Shown: positions 1-11,079, counted from the first letter of the stretch. The stretch is DNA of 64,000 bases from an uncultured virus (IMG/VR IMGVR_UViG_3300009154_000048) (IMGVR_UViG_3300009154_000048), one strand, 5' to 3'. The notes: generated by a model not told the origin, from the sequence alone. Numbers and translations are program-made.

Positions 1-195
1 GTTCCAGGTGACTCCAGGTTCCAGGTGACTCCAGGTTCCAGGTGACTCCAGGTGACTCCAGGTGACTCCAGGTGACTCCAGGTGACTCCAGGTTCCAGGT
101 GACTCCAGGTTCCAGGTGACTCCAGGTGACTCCAGGTTCCAGGTGACTCCAGGTTCCAGGTTCCAGGTTCCAGGTTCCAGGTTCCAGGTTCCAGG
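1..195. repeat. Mixed 7-mer/10-mer tandem repeat (CCAGGTT / CCAGGTGACT)
   Basis: Directly visible; runs off the window's left edge. Confidence 0.95.
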
Positions 196-200
196 GAGTC

Positions 201-410
201 TCACTTCGCGGCCATTTCGGCGTTGAAACGGTCAGCCACCATCACCCCCTTGAGGTGCGGTGTAGCCGCGCACGCGGCCACGAGCCGGTCGTGAAGCGTG
301 TCGAGGTGCGGCCAAGTATCACGGTCTGCCCACCCCAGCACACGCAGACGGTCGCAGCAAGCGTCCATCGCAACGTCCATCCCGACCCTTCGCATTTCAG
401 TCGCGTTCAT
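201..410 (-). CDS. Hypothetical protein
   Basis: ORF with AGGAG RBS, downstream of the cassette motif at about 445-474. Confidence 0.6.
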   Translation of the reverse strand: MNATEMRRVGMDVAMDACCDRLRVLGWADRDTWPHLDTLHDRLVAACAATPHLKGVMVADRFNAEMAAK

Positions 411-494
411 CGTTCGTTCTCCTAGTTGAGGAATCGTCTCTGTTGTTTCAACTATCTGTCACTAAATTTTCAGGTCAGTGACCCCAGGCGAAAC

Positions 495-531
495 AAAAAA
501 ATCGACCCCGGGGGTTTAGCCCGGGGTCGAT
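495..531 (-). terminator. Probable intrinsic terminator
   Basis: ATCGACCCCGG/CCGGGGTCGAT stem followed by a T-run on the minus strand. Confidence 0.6.
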
Positions 532-584
532 TCTCACCCTCAACCATCCCCCTCCCCGCCCGTATTCGGGGAGGGGGGAATCTG

Positions 585-1469
585 CTAGGCAGCCATCTCG
601 AAGGCCAGCCGTTCGGCCCGCTGCACGGCGGCATCGTTGGCGGCAAGTACGATCCGGTGCATCTCGTCGGCCTTGCCGTGCCGGGTGGCATCGTGCTGAA
701 CGTACCCTTGGATCGCGTTGTAAGCCTCCCAGCCGCTCACCATCCAGTCGCTCTGGAGGGCCGGACGACCGCTGCGGAGACGCTCGCTGTAGAGTCGGCC
801 GAAGATGGCTTCGGTGCGATTCTTGTGCATCGTCACGGCCCGGCCAGTCTCGCCGTTGGGCTCACCGTAGACTGCCCGGAGAAACTCGACCATGTTGACC
901 CGGCGGCTTTCCAGTTGGTCGGCGGCGGCAGAGACGCTCGCCCACGACTGCTGGAGTGTGCCGAAGGTGGCGATCAGTTCGTCCATCTTCGGGCGGAGGC
1001 CGCTCGTATGGCGGATGCTGACCGTCGTTCCCCGCACTTCCCGCATGATTGCCATGTTCTTGCAGAGATCACGGTAGAAACCCAGCGACGCATGGAACGC
1101 ACGGCCATCGTAGCCCGCGTTGATGATGACGCGGGGGAAGATATTATCGGCAGTGCCGAAGACGGTCTTCCGCTGCTCCTTAGTCGGCTGCACGGCGACA
1201 TAGTGACCCTCATGGAAGTGGCACTTGACGTCGGCAACGCCGTCGAACGCAGTGGAAGCGGCCTCGACCAGAGCCAGAACGTCATCGGTCTGGTGCGGGA
1301 GGTATCGAGCCGTGACGGCATTGCCGACAACGGCTGAATCGTCAGAGCGGAACAGACCGTAGAACGGGGTGCGGAGGCCGTCCGGGCCGGAGAGCGGGAA
1401 CTTATCGACTGAAAAGTTGAAGCGGCTGCGAACCTTGGCGACGATTTCGTTGCTGATGATCGTGGACAT
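585..1469 (-). CDS. DUF932/DUF945-family phage protein
   Basis: R-x-D...VG..V..RY, G-x-x-R-x-x-C-x-N, SIRHT and W..YNA motifs. Confidence 0.7.
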   Translation of the reverse strand: MSTIISNEIVAKVRSRFNFSVDKFPLSGPDGLRTPFYGLFRSDDSAVVGNAVTARYLPHQTDDVLALVEAASTAFDGVADVKCHFHEGHYVAVQPTKEQRKTVFGTADNIFPRVIINAGYDGRAFHASLGFYRDLCKNMAIMREVRGTTVSIRHTSGLRPKMDELIATFGTLQQSWASVSAAADQLESRRVNMVEFLRAVYGEPNGETGRAVTMHKNRTEAIFGRLYSERLRSGRPALQSDWMVSGWEAYNAIQGYVQHDATRHGKADEMHRIVLAANDAAVQRAERLAFEMAA

Positions 1470-1725
1470 GATTGAGAACCTTTCGGGTTGGGTTGAGAAC
1501 TTGAACTGTTATTTCAACTATCTGGGTGTTTGTTTTCAGGCCAGAATCTTTTTTTATTTCGGCCAGGCGGCAATGCCTTTACGGATAAGGTCGATTGCCT
1601 TGACGACTGGCACCAGGCGGACGTCGCCGCACTTGTATTCCTCATGGTCACAGATGAATCGGATGGTCATTTCTTTCTCCCGAATGCCGACTAGCAGAGC
1701 CGTTCTCTGCTAGTCGGCTTGTGCC

Positions 1726-2025
1726 TCACTCCCCGCCGTCGTCACCGTAGTAGCCATAATCCTCGTCGGTTCCCCATCCGGCGGAGGCGAGGCCGCTCTC
1801 ATGATCGCCGTCCATGGAGTCGTTGTAAGACTCCTCGTCGTCGTAGTAGCCATCCTCCCGCTCTGCCTCTTTGAGGCAGTGGTGGCAGATGCTGGTCGGG
1901 TTGTCAACGGGGAGTCGAGCCCCGCACACACAGACCATGTCCAACTGCCGACCGCTCTCATCGAACCGGGGGCAGCAACCGGCTTCGTGTCCGCAGCAAG
2001 GGAAGTCTTCGCAACTCATGATCAT
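1726..2025 (-). CDS. Cys-rich acidic hypothetical protein
   Basis: CEDFPCCGHE, CxC and CxxC motifs; RBS and cassette motif upstream. Confidence 0.7.
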   Translation of the reverse strand: MIMSCEDFPCCGHEAGCCPRFDESGRQLDMVCVCGARLPVDNPTSICHHCLKEAEREDGYYDDEESYNDSMDGDHESGLASAGWGTDEDYGYYGDDGGE

Positions 2026-2034
2026 CTCCTTGGG

Positions 2035-2082
2035 TTGAAGGTTGGAACTAATACTTCAACTATCTGGGGCGGGATTTTCAGG
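2035..2082 (-). promoter_or_regulatory. Representative copy of the recurrent cassette/promoter motif
   Basis: Minus-strand CCTGAAAATCCCGCCCCAGATAGTTGAAG; 47/48 identical to 2400-2447. Confidence 0.8.
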
Positions 2083-2104
2083 CCGGATTGTTTCCGGGAA
2101 TCAC

Positions 2105-2383
2105 TCAGTCCTCCACGAACATGACGATATTGCTGGCTTGTTTCGCCATCTCCACGCAAGGTTCGACGTCGGCGGCGAGCGTGGCGGCGACGATGTCGGC
2201 CCCATCCATGTCGGAGTAGATCTCCCAGCCTTGGGCGGTGGTCGGGATCGTGACGGGCTTGCCCTTGAGGGCCCGTCTGATCAAGTTGCGGAAAATGTGA
2301 TACGGCTCGCTGTCGCAAGTGCCGAACTGGCGGTGGTTCTGGCGAGTCTTGTTGAAACGGGCGACGCATTCGTCGAAGGTCAT
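2105..2383 (-). CDS. Hypothetical protein
   Basis: ORF with AAGGAG RBS and cassette motif. Confidence 0.7.
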   Translation of the reverse strand: MTFDECVARFNKTRQNHRQFGTCDSEPYHIFRNLIRRALKGKPVTIPTTAQGWEIYSDMDGADIVAATLAADVEPCVEMAKQASNIVMFVED

Positions 2384-2442
2384 GGTATGGTCTCCTTGAT
2401 TGAAGGTTGGAACTGATACTTCAACTATCTGGGGCGGGATTT

Positions 2443-2715
2443 TCAGGAATCCTCCTCTTCATCATCCTCATCGGCGGGAAACATGATATCCCATCCCTCT
2501 CCGCTGGTTCCGGAGATGAGAAACTCCCGTTCGGCCGCGGTGAGGTAGGGGAAGCAAGTCTGCACATATCCGCCTTGGCGGTAGTTGTTCAGATCGCCGG
2601 CCTTGACGGTAACACGCTGTTCCTTACCCGTGACAACGCACGGGCCGATGAAGGTGTAGGTGTGTTCGGGCTCGTACTGCTCTTTCACGAGGCACTGGGA
2701 GTCGGCGTAACGCAT
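2443..2715 (-). CDS. Conserved phage hypothetical protein
   Basis: Q..FPYL...EREFLISG motif; cassette motif upstream. Confidence 0.7.
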   Translation of the reverse strand: MRYADSQCLVKEQYEPEHTYTFIGPCVVTGKEQRVTVKAGDLNNYRQGGYVQTCFPYLTAAEREFLISGTSGEGWDIMFPADEDDEEEDS

Positions 2716-2781
2716 GGGTTTTCCTTTTTGTGAGGGGAGGGTCGCTTTTCTTTTAACTATCTGGCTTTGGATTTTCAGGTT

Positions 2782-3084
2782 TTAGTCGCAATCTTTCAGC
2801 GGCTTGGGGGTGAAGTAAATATCTCGCTCGATAAAGAGCCCACCCCACAGCCGGACGCTCTCCAATTCGGGGATGCTGAAGTAGCCCAGTTCCTCTTCTT
2901 GGAGGATGACCTTGCCGAAGGCTGTGCCGTCTTCGGGGTTGTATTCGGTCATGTACCAAGTTCCCGCACCGCATGGGTTGAAGAACTTGGCGTAGGCGAT
3001 TGCATCGTCGCCCAGACCGTCTTGTGCGTAGAGGGCGGGGACTTTGTCCAAGATTTCCTTGGTGAGCATTTTCTGGCGTGCCAT
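2782..3084 (-). CDS. DUF2958-family protein
   Basis: KFFNP....TWY.TE...FG.V...E.ELGYFS..EL and ERD.YF motifs. Confidence 0.8.
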   Translation of the reverse strand: MARQKMLTKEILDKVPALYAQDGLGDDAIAYAKFFNPCGAGTWYMTEYNPEDGTAFGKVILQEEELGYFSIPELESVRLWGGLFIERDIYFTPKPLKDCD

Positions 3085-3145
3085 GATCGTCTCCTCGGGT
3101 CGGGGTTGAATCGCTCTGTTGTTTCAACTATCCGGGGTTGGATTT

Positions 3146-3484
3146 TCAGGGAAAGTGTCCCAATACTAAAATTTTGTCTGCCAAGTCCCAGGGGATTTCG
3201 ATCCGCATGAATTGTCCACCCCTTTCGTGCCGGATTTTATTTTTGCTTGGGAGGCAGTAGACGACGAAATTCAAGAAGTTGGCACAGTCGTTGACTCCGC
3301 TGTATGGGTCGAATCGTCTCGAGCCGGGCTTCATTCTGGCTCCCATTTTGGCGAGCCATGCTTCGGTACGCTTGGCCTTCCATGGGTTTTTAGGGAGCAC
3401 CCCTTTCTGTTCCATTCTGAGGCGGAAGGCGTCTGAAATCTTGTTCCTCAGTTCGGTATTGCCTTGTGCTGGGTGGTATTTCAT
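3146..3484 (-). CDS. LVLG-tail paralog family member
   Basis: C-terminus IPWDLADKILVLGHFP. Confidence 0.7.
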   Translation of the reverse strand: MKYHPAQGNTELRNKISDAFRLRMEQKGVLPKNPWKAKRTEAWLAKMGARMKPGSRRFDPYSGVNDCANFLNFVVYCLPSKNKIRHERGGQFMRIEIPWDLADKILVLGHFP

Positions 3485-3715
3485 GGTTGTATACCGAACT
3501 TCTTTTTGATGGCTTCCAGCGTCTTGAGGTCGTCCTCGGCGGCCTTAGTCAAGATGTCGCTGATCTTCAATTCGATCATTGCCTTGTAGTGGCTTTTGGA
3601 GTGGGAAAGGGCTCCGGCGAGGAAATAGATTTCTGGGGTGGTGAGTCGGACGGTCTTGATGGTCTTGGTTTTCATGATTGTCTCCTTATTGTTTCAACCA
3701 TCTGGTTCTATAAAA

Positions 3716-4192
3716 TCAAAAGGGACGCTTGCTGGCGAGGATTGTTTCGACGGTTACATTATTTTCGTAACGACTGAGCATCCTCTGAACTACTTCGGCT
3801 GGCAGAGACTTATTTTGGTCGGCCCGTTGTGCTTGCCGTGCCATCAGTTCGTCGAAACTGACGGGCTCTGGCTCGACGATTTGAACTGTGTAGCCGTAGG
3901 CTTTGGCAAGTTCTACATAGGGCTTCATCTCCCATGCTTGAGTATTTGTGTTGTCGATGATGATGCACGGTCGCCGGTCGATCATTGCACTCTCAGTGCG
4001 ATGCACGTTTGCAGCGTGAAATTCACCGAGACGTTTCGGGTCGAATCGGTATTCGTCCTCGACCATGAAAAAATCGTCGGTTGAGTAGATGACCGGGATC
4101 CAGTTCTCAGAATTTGCATTGTCGGCGATCTTCTTGGCAATTGTGGACTTTCCGCTGCCACTGACGCCACGCATAAGGATGAGAGTGTTCAT
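3716..4192 (-). CDS. P-loop kinase (AAA_33 / N4BP2-like polynucleotide kinase fold)
   Basis: MRGVSGSGKST Walker A; STDDFF; IIDNTN...WE..PY. Confidence 0.85.
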   Translation of the reverse strand: MNTLILMRGVSGSGKSTIAKKIADNANSENWIPVIYSTDDFFMVEDEYRFDPKRLGEFHAANVHRTESAMIDRRPCIIIDNTNTQAWEMKPYVELAKAYGYTVQIVEPEPVSFDELMARQAQRADQNKSLPAEVVQRMLSRYENNVTVETILASKRPF

Positions 4193-4233
4193 TTTTTCTT
4201 TCGTGAGGGGTGTGTTGTTTCAACTGTCTGGGT

Positions 4234-4500
4234 CTATGAAATATTGATTTCAACGGCTCCGGATTCCCAGTAGGGCTTGCTCCAGACTCTTCCGTTGTAG
4301 GACATATACCCGACGAGGTTTCCGTCTTGACGGAGGATGGCCTCGCCCCAGTTTCCGCCTCCGATGTCGTTCTCGCCTTGGAACTTGAGCACGTCTGCCC
4401 GGAGTTCCTTGATGGTGGAAGCGGAGATTTTGTGCTTTTCTTCCCAGTTGCCTTGGTTACGGTCGGGGTTGCCGCTGATTGTGAATTCAAGAATTAACAT
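4234..4500 (-). CDS. Hypothetical protein
   Basis: GGGNW...SYNGRVW motif; cassette motif upstream. Confidence 0.65.
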   Translation of the reverse strand: MLILEFTISGNPDRNQGNWEEKHKISASTIKELRADVLKFQGENDIGGGNWGEAILRQDGNLVGYMSYNGRVWSKPYWESGAVEINIS

Positions 4501-5171
4501 TGTTGGGTCTCCTTATTGTTTCAACCATCTGGCGGCACAAAATCAAGAGGTCCGCCATCCCTTAAATCTTTGGGAGATGGCGATGTTGTCATTCAAGCAG
4601 CGGATGTAGACGCACGCGAGGATCCCGTTCCGGCACCACTCGATAGTGGGCTCGTGGACTTCGGCGTCGCCGTTGATGATCTCGCGGACTTCTGCTGCGA
4701 GTTCCTCGGCCTTTTGTGCCACCTCGGTGAGGGCTCCGCCGCCGATGGTTCGGACGGCGTCGAGGTTGCGGCCTCTGATTCTCAAAGTTCCCTTGGACAT
4801 GGTTTGTTCTCCTTTTTTCTGGTCTCCGTGTTGTTTCAACTATCTGATCTTGTGGAATCAAGAACTTGGACTTCCTCGTCCGGGCCGAGGTCGAGGAGTT
4901 CCCTCCAGTTCCAATCTGCTGGGCTTTCGCACATTTCATCGTCGAACTGGATTTCGAGCACCACAGTCTGTGTCTTTTTCATATTTCACTCCGGTTGAAT
5001 CGATCTTGAAAATACTTCAGTTCCTTCTCCAGCCGCTGGATGCGGGCGGTCATGCTCTTGGGCTCCATCGGGATCCATTCCCCATCGGGCCGGTACCTCC
5101 AGCACAGCACGCCGTTGATGACTTCTTCTTTGTAATACAAGGTTTCGTTCATTTGATTGCTCCTTGTTGTT

Positions 5172-5414
5172 TCAACTGTCTGTTGTTGTGGAATCAAGGC
5201 CGTATTCTTTTGGAACGTCGAGTTCTTTTCCCTCGCACTCGATCTTGCTGATATAGGTCGGGCCATCGCTGTCTGGGGCGATTTCTTGATCGTCGAAATC
5301 TTCATCCATAGCGGCTTCACAAGCTTTCTCTACGGATTCTGCTTGAACTTCGGCCCATGATTCCATGATCACAGTCCACTCTCGTCGGACAAGGTAGGTC
5401 TTCAACTTGGGCAT
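5172..5414 (-). CDS. Hypothetical protein
   Basis: ORF with RBS and cassette motif. Confidence 0.6.
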   Translation of the reverse strand: MPKLKTYLVRREWTVIMESWAEVQAESVEKACEAAMDEDFDDQEIAPDSDGPTYISKIECEGKELDVPKEYGLDSTTTDS

Positions 5415-5755
5415 GGCATGTCTCCTTAGGTGTTATTTCAACCATCTGGGGCGGAAAAATCAAAGGGGAATTACTTCCATTGCTATCTTGGCGGCGATGT
5501 TGGGGATATTGGCCGAGAAGCCGGAATCCACGGCATTTTTTACCTTAGCGATGAGTTCTCCGGTCTTGAACTGGATTTCGTGGGGATACTCCGAGATGTC
5601 TACTTCCCATTCCATGAGCAAGTAGTTGAGAATATTTTCAACAAAGACGCTGTCGGCACAATCGTGGAAGTCGTTGTAATCGTCGTAGTTGGCGTCGTTC
5701 ATGGGTTCACCCATCCTTTCTCCTTGTGTTGTTTCAACCATCTGGCGTAGGATTT

Positions 5756-6118
5756 TCAGCCGTCTTCTTCCGTCGTGGCCTCTTCCACGGCGGATTCCAA
5801 GGCTCGAACGAGTTCGGGCTTCCGGGCGAGCCATTCCTTGTGGAGTTTGGCGACGGTGTAGTTTTCCTTCCTTTCGGGAAGGAAGACGGGCTTGCCACCC
5901 TCGGTCATGGGGCGTCCCAGCATGTCCATCCGCTGGACGAGCGGCCAATGCTTTGTCCAAGTCTCGTGGGTGAAAGAGAAGAACCACCAACTTCCGTCAA
6001 GCATCTCGGCCTTGACTCCGATCCGCTTGAATTTAGTGCGGATCTCGCCCTTCTTAGTCGTGTAGGTTCCGATCGGAGCCCAACTGACTTTCTTCTCTTT
6101 GACAGTGAACCAGTTCAT
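5756..6118 (-). CDS. Hypothetical protein
   Basis: ORF with RBS and cassette motif. Confidence 0.65.
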   Translation of the reverse strand: MNWFTVKEKKVSWAPIGTYTTKKGEIRTKFKRIGVKAEMLDGSWWFFSFTHETWTKHWPLVQRMDMLGRPMTEGGKPVFLPERKENYTVAKLHKEWLARKPELVRALESAVEEATTEEDG

Positions 6119-6880
6119 CGTATGTCTCCTCGGGTAGGGGTTGATATTATTTCAACCATCCGGGGACATGTTTTCAGGACTTCTTTTTATTCATCTCGAC
6201 GACAATCGAGAGAATGTTGTGTATCGGGTTCATTTTTGCTTTCTCCAGAGAATTTCTAGGGAGGTTATTATTGCCACCAATAGTTTGAACCAGATGTTCA
6301 TAGGATTTCGTAGAGGTCTTCGATGATCCTAAAGAGGTGATACAAGCAGAAGGTGAAGGCGGTTGCGAAGATCAAGTCGATGAAAATCATGGGTTTTCTC
6401 CTTAGTTACCGTCCCAAAGTTCCAAAAGATCGTTGAGCACATTCCCTTCGTGTTCGGCCTTGATCCAGTTGTCGCAATACTCGTGGGTTTCGATGTCCAC
6501 ATCCAGAGCGGCAATTGCGTTGCTGAATAATCCCGCCTCAATCTCCTTGGCGAGGGTCTCAATCTCGGGTTCTTGGAGGAAGGCGAAGGGAAGTTTGCGG
6601 AAGCGTTCGGCGAGAGCGTTCATTGTTTATGTCTCCTTGTTGTTTCAACCATCTGGAACTGATTTTTCAAGAACTTAGCGATAGCGATATGAAGCCCATG
6701 CGATGATAGCGAGTCGCACGAGCGACCCGGCTAGCCCGATTATGGATCCCCAAATCACTAGGTTGGCCCAAAGATTAAAGATGAACCAGTATTCTGTGCT
6801 GTAGTACCAGAAGAATGACATTTACTTGTTTCCGTTTGGGTTAATGAACCGTATTGTTTCAACCATCTGGAACTGATTTT

Positions 6881-7243
6881 TCAATCGGAGGAGTCGATCT
6901 GCCATTTCTTGCCGCACTTCGTGCATTCGTGCAAGTTGAGGCAGTTCCCGATGTTTTGGATCCATTTCCACTCGTGGACATGGTCGCTGTCTTCGGGCCG
7001 GACGTGACCGTATCCTTGGCACTGCGAGCAAGAGGCTCGGAAGTGGCTGAAGAGGTGCCGGTTCTCGGGAGTGTCTTCTTTCCCGTGGAGTTTGTACTCG
7101 TTAAGAGCCAGATTCCATCCGCCGTGTCCCTTGCACAGCGGGCATTCGACGGTGGCGCCCATGTATTCGGGCGGGGCGGGCGGAGCGGGGAAGTCGATGA
7201 AAGCGTCCGGGTGGTCGGGATCGAGATAAGTTTTCATTGTCAT
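6881..7243 (-). CDS. Zn-finger protein (DnaJ-like CxxCxGxG repeats)
   Basis: CPLCKGHG, CSQCQGYG, CTKCG. Confidence 0.7.
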   Translation of the reverse strand: MTMKTYLDPDHPDAFIDFPAPPAPPEYMGATVECPLCKGHGGWNLALNEYKLHGKEDTPENRHLFSHFRASCSQCQGYGHVRPEDSDHVHEWKWIQNIGNCLNLHECTKCGKKWQIDSSD

Positions 7244-7283
7244 GTCTCCTTGGTTGTTATTTCAACCATCCGGGACATTGTTT

Positions 7284-7673
7284 TCAGGATCGGGCGAAGT
7301 GGAATTTCCCGTTTCCGTTGAGTCTGTACTCGGGCTTATCTTTCAGTGAGAAAATGAACGCTTCCTCTTCGGAAGTAACGTCGTGGTGCATGCACTTCAC
7401 CAAGACTCCGGCAGCATTTTCGATGATTGATTTCAGTTCAATCAATTTGGACTCGATCATGCAGTTGCGCATGTCTTTGAACGTCTGTTGCTGACGTTCG
7501 TCCGACATCATGTGCTTTTCGGCATTTGTGAAGTTGTTCTGTGTGACCACCACTGCTGAGGCGGGCAGCATATTCACTTGGATGCTCTTCGGTCCTCGGC
7601 TGAACAACTCGACGTAGAACCTCGATAGATCAGATCCGATTTGGGCTTCGACTTCGCCTTGGGTGCGTTGCAT
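7284..7673 (-). CDS. DUF2294 / MpsC-family protein
   Basis: T.GE.EA.I......F......RGPK.I.V; T.AEK; HHD.....E..F.F.L. Confidence 0.75.
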   Translation of the reverse strand: MQRTQGEVEAQIGSDLSRFYVELFSRGPKSIQVNMLPASAVVVTQNNFTNAEKHMMSDERQQQTFKDMRNCMIESKLIELKSIIENAAGVLVKCMHHDVTSEEEAFIFSLKDKPEYRLNGNGKFHFARS

Positions 7674-7834
7674 GGAAATATCCTCTCATGGTGTGCCCCT
7701 CTTGAGGCGGTTTTCTCCTAGTGTGAATGCGGAACAATTCCGCACCCAAACAGTAGCCCAAATGGGGTGCCACTTCAAGGGGGTGGTTTTTGCCCATCAA
7801 AATAGGCACTAACCACCCGGACACACGCGACAAG

Positions 7835-8068
7835 TCAAGCGGGCTGGTATCCCTTCTTGACCTTGCTGGCAACGAGTTTGTTGAACTCCTTGCGGGCGAC
7901 CTCCTCAGTCGCAAGCCTGACCTTGTAGCCCTCGGTCATGTTGCCGTCCCTCCGGCCGTAACTGAAGAAGACGCTGTAGCCCGAGCCTTCATCCTCAAGA
8001 CGGGCGCGGTACACCTTGTCGCTTGAGCCTTCTTGGAAGTAAAGGCACACACTTTCGATAACCTTCAT
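7835..8068 (-). CDS. Stand-alone WGR-domain protein
   Basis: SDKVY...YGRR...K.KKGY; paralogous to the ligase N-terminus. Confidence 0.8.
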   Translation of the reverse strand: MKVIESVCLYFQEGSSDKVYRARLEDEGSGYSVFFSYGRRDGNMTEGYKVRLATEEVARKEFNKLVASKVKKGYQPA

Positions 8069-8100
8069 GATTCACGCTGCTTTCTTGTAGTTGGTAACGA

Positions 8101-8140
8101 TTGCCGGCCCCCATGCTTTTTGTCACATGGGGGCCGGCAA
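8101..8140. terminator. 15-bp GC-rich hairpin after 8144..8365
   Basis: TTGCCGGCCCCCATG / CATGGGGGCCGGCAA. Confidence 0.55.
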
Positions 8141-8143
8141 CTA

Positions 8144-8365
8144 TCAAGCCGCTTCCGCCAACTTGGCGACGACACTCTTGCGGACGACGAACACGTCACA
8201 CTTCCGACCCTTGGTCTTGCCGACATGAACGCTATCCACCTTCTTGGCAAGGCCACGCTTGCACAGAAGTTTCAGAAGAACGGTCGTGCCGATATAATCG
8301 GCCCCAGTCTTCTTCAGCCCAAGAACCTTCGCAAACTCACGAACCGTAACACGCTGATTAGCCAT
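8144..8365 (-). CDS. Small basic putative winged-HTH protein
   Basis: Paralog of 24486..24878 (DY.G....LK.LC.+GL.K.VD...GR). Confidence 0.6.
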   Translation of the reverse strand: MANQRVTVREFAKVLGLKKTGADYIGTTVLLKLLCKRGLAKKVDSVHVGKTKGRKCDVFVVRKSVVAKLAEAA

Positions 8366-9878
8366 AAAAACCTTTCTTTTGAGTAATCGAACTACATTCA
8401 AACCATCTGGACTTGTTTTTTCAGGACTGTCTTTCGTCATCAAAGAACTGCTGAAGTTGCTCAGTAACGCTTTGTAAGATGCCGTTATTTGTGATCATTC
8501 GGCAAGCCACCAAAAGTTCTTCGGCTTCTCGCCGATTCATTTCCAATTCAAACCGATCCTTCTTCTTGCGAGAGTTATAAAACAAAAATGCCATCACTAC
8601 CTCGCCTTCTTCGTCTTCAGTGGAATTCGCTTCGAAATTTCTTCTTCGGCCTCGGCGACCTCTTCGTCATTCTCTGGCTCTTCCAAAACCGCGTCCCAGC
8701 CGCTCCACCAAGCGTGTTCGTATGCCTTGCAGTTGCAGATTTTGCATCTGTGTTCACCAACCATGATGTGATCGTCGGTGCTGATTGTTTTTTTCTTCAT
8801 CTTTGAATCCTTTAGTTCGTATTTTCATGGGATGTCAAACTGGGGGCGTTTGTCCAATCGAACAGTTCCCAAAATCCACCCGGCACGGGGTCGTTCTTGG
8901 TGAAAAGATGTATTGAGTCGGTTTGAAGTCCCATCTTGGCTGCCTCGGCGGCGGCCAGTTCATTCGGGCCGATTTGGATTGGGGTTGAACAGCATGAACA
9001 GACAGAGGGAATCGCCTCGCCTGCAAATACGTTGAAAGGAAGAAGACATGAGAATCCATCTTCGTCTATTCCTGCTGCAACGATCCTGTGTGTTTGAAGC
9101 ATTTTCAAGCCTTTCTTGTTGATCTTTCAACCATCCGGGTTTGTGTTTTCAAGGAAGTTCTTTCAACACTTTAGAAATAGAGACTTGTCGGGCGACGATA
9201 ATCTCTTCTTCTTCGACGCCTATGTCTAACAAATGGCTCACCTTTTCTTGCATCTCATTTTTGCCGCCGACTTCTTCCCAATACGTACCGATGTCGTTAG
9301 TCCAGCAAACAATATAGCGAATCATAAACGCTCTCCGTTAAGGAAGCCAAGGCATCTTGGCCTTTTTCTCAAGTCGAATCTGGTCATGTTCGATATCTTG
9401 GAAGATTCGAAACAGTCTTTCTCTACCCTCTGGGCTGATCTTTTCAAGGATTTCTTGGGCGAGGTTTCTGTTTTGGCCCCGTTGACGAAGGATCATGGAC
9501 TCCAAGTGTCGGTCTATGCTGGGCATCGTTCGTCCTTTCCGATTAGGTTCTCGACCATCCTCAGAACCTCGATCTTGCTCCCCTCAAGCCCCATTACCCT
9601 TAGGGAGCGGTAGGCTGCCTCGCTGCCCGCTTTGGCCTTCTGATAGAGCCTACACAGCCTAGCCGCCGTAATTGTTGTCATTGATGATGCGTCCATCTCT
9701 TGTCTCTTGCCAGCAACGCCATTCTTTTCCGTAGATGTAATTGATCTTCTCGAAAGACCTAAACGCAGCCTCCTCGGAAAAGTGATGCGTTATGGTATCT
9801 TTCCTCGTCTTGTCTCCGTAGTCGCACAGAGTCCTTGCGACCCAATCGTCTTTCTTTTTGCCTCGTACTGACATCTGT

Positions 9879-10238
9879 TTAACCATCTGATAAGGGGGAA
9901 TCAGGCCTCGTCCGGCATAAGGGCGGGATTGTACCAAACACGGCGATTCGCTCCACCATTTCTTTAGGGATATAGATGAGCATCACCCCCAGTGGAGCGT
10001 TCCTTAGGGGCTGACGAATACTTAGACGCCAAAAACCTTCCTTTTCTAGCTCCCATCTCGCGGCCGGACGGTCGTTCCGAGAATAGTAGTTATTGGATCC
10101 TGGCAAGTAATTGATCTTGAACCCACGCTCTTCGAGCCAGTCCCTCGTATTTTTCTTCAGCCTCCAAGGATTTTTGGGCCAAACACCGTCCTTCCTCATT
10201 TCGTCCATAACGATTTTGGTCAAGATGGCATCATTCAT
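9879..10238 (-). CDS. LVLG-tail paralog family member
   Basis: IPKEMVERIAVFG; GV.PKNPW shared with 3146..3484. Confidence 0.7.
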   Translation of the reverse strand: MNDAILTKIVMDEMRKDGVWPKNPWRLKKNTRDWLEERGFKINYLPGSNNYYSRNDRPAARWELEKEGFWRLSIRQPLRNAPLGVMLIYIPKEMVERIAVFGTIPPLCRTRPDSPLSDG

Positions 10239-10621
10239 TTCGTCAAACCTTTAAAGGAAAAATCAGTCGTCCTCGTCCGACATCAAAGATTCCATAACTT
10301 CCCATCCGAGTTCGATCAGTCTGCTCTGAATGTACTTCTCGTTCGAACTCAGCCACTCCTCGGCTTGTTCCTCAGTCCAAGTGGTTCGAAGGGTGAGAAC
10401 ATCCTCTACAGTCCACCTTACCGTCGCGTAGTATTTGTCTTCATTCATAGCGGTTCCCTTTTGTGAGTCGGTTCCAGACCATACGGGCAGTGCCGGTCTT
10501 CCAGCCCCAGAGGGCGTCCATGACGATCATTCCGGCGACGAAACAAGCGATTCCGATTCCGATCTTTTCCATTTTCATTCTCCTTGTGTTGTTTCAACTG
10601 TCTGGGGAGGGATTTTCAGGA

Positions 10622-10879
10622 CTAGAAAGGAACGTGTTCTGTGTAGGGGCGGAAGTTAACCGTGACCACCTCTGCCCGGTCGGTGGGCATGACGGGAACG
10701 ATCTCGTCCCACCGGCTCATCGTGTCACGATAGATCAGACGGCGTGCTGGGTACATGGCGGTGACTTGCTCCCAGACCCACTCTGCGTCGTTCGTAACGC
10801 TCTTGCTGCCGTTGTCCGGGTCAACGATGAATACCCGGTCGTCCTCAACCAGAACAATTCTGAATTCTGCGTGATGCAT
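10622..10879 (-). CDS. Conserved hypothetical protein
   Basis: SVTNDAE.V...RLIYRDT...WDEI motif. Confidence 0.65.
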   Translation of the reverse strand: MHHAEFRIVLVEDDRVFIVDPDNGSKSVTNDAEWVWEQVTAMYPARRLIYRDTMSRWDEIVPVMPTDRAEVVTVNFRPYTEHVPF

Positions 10880-11079
10880 TTTTATTTCCTCTTGTTTCTA
10901 CGGCACTCTTCGTTCCATGCTTCTTCCTCTTCCCGCTGCTTGCGTGTCACGGGCGGGCCTTCGCCAGTGAGATACGCATCCCGGGCGGCATCGTAACCAT
11001 CGTCCGAATCGTCTTCGTCATCGTAATAGGGCATTGCTCACCTTCTTTCTTATTGTTTCAACTGTCTGGGTAGGGATTT

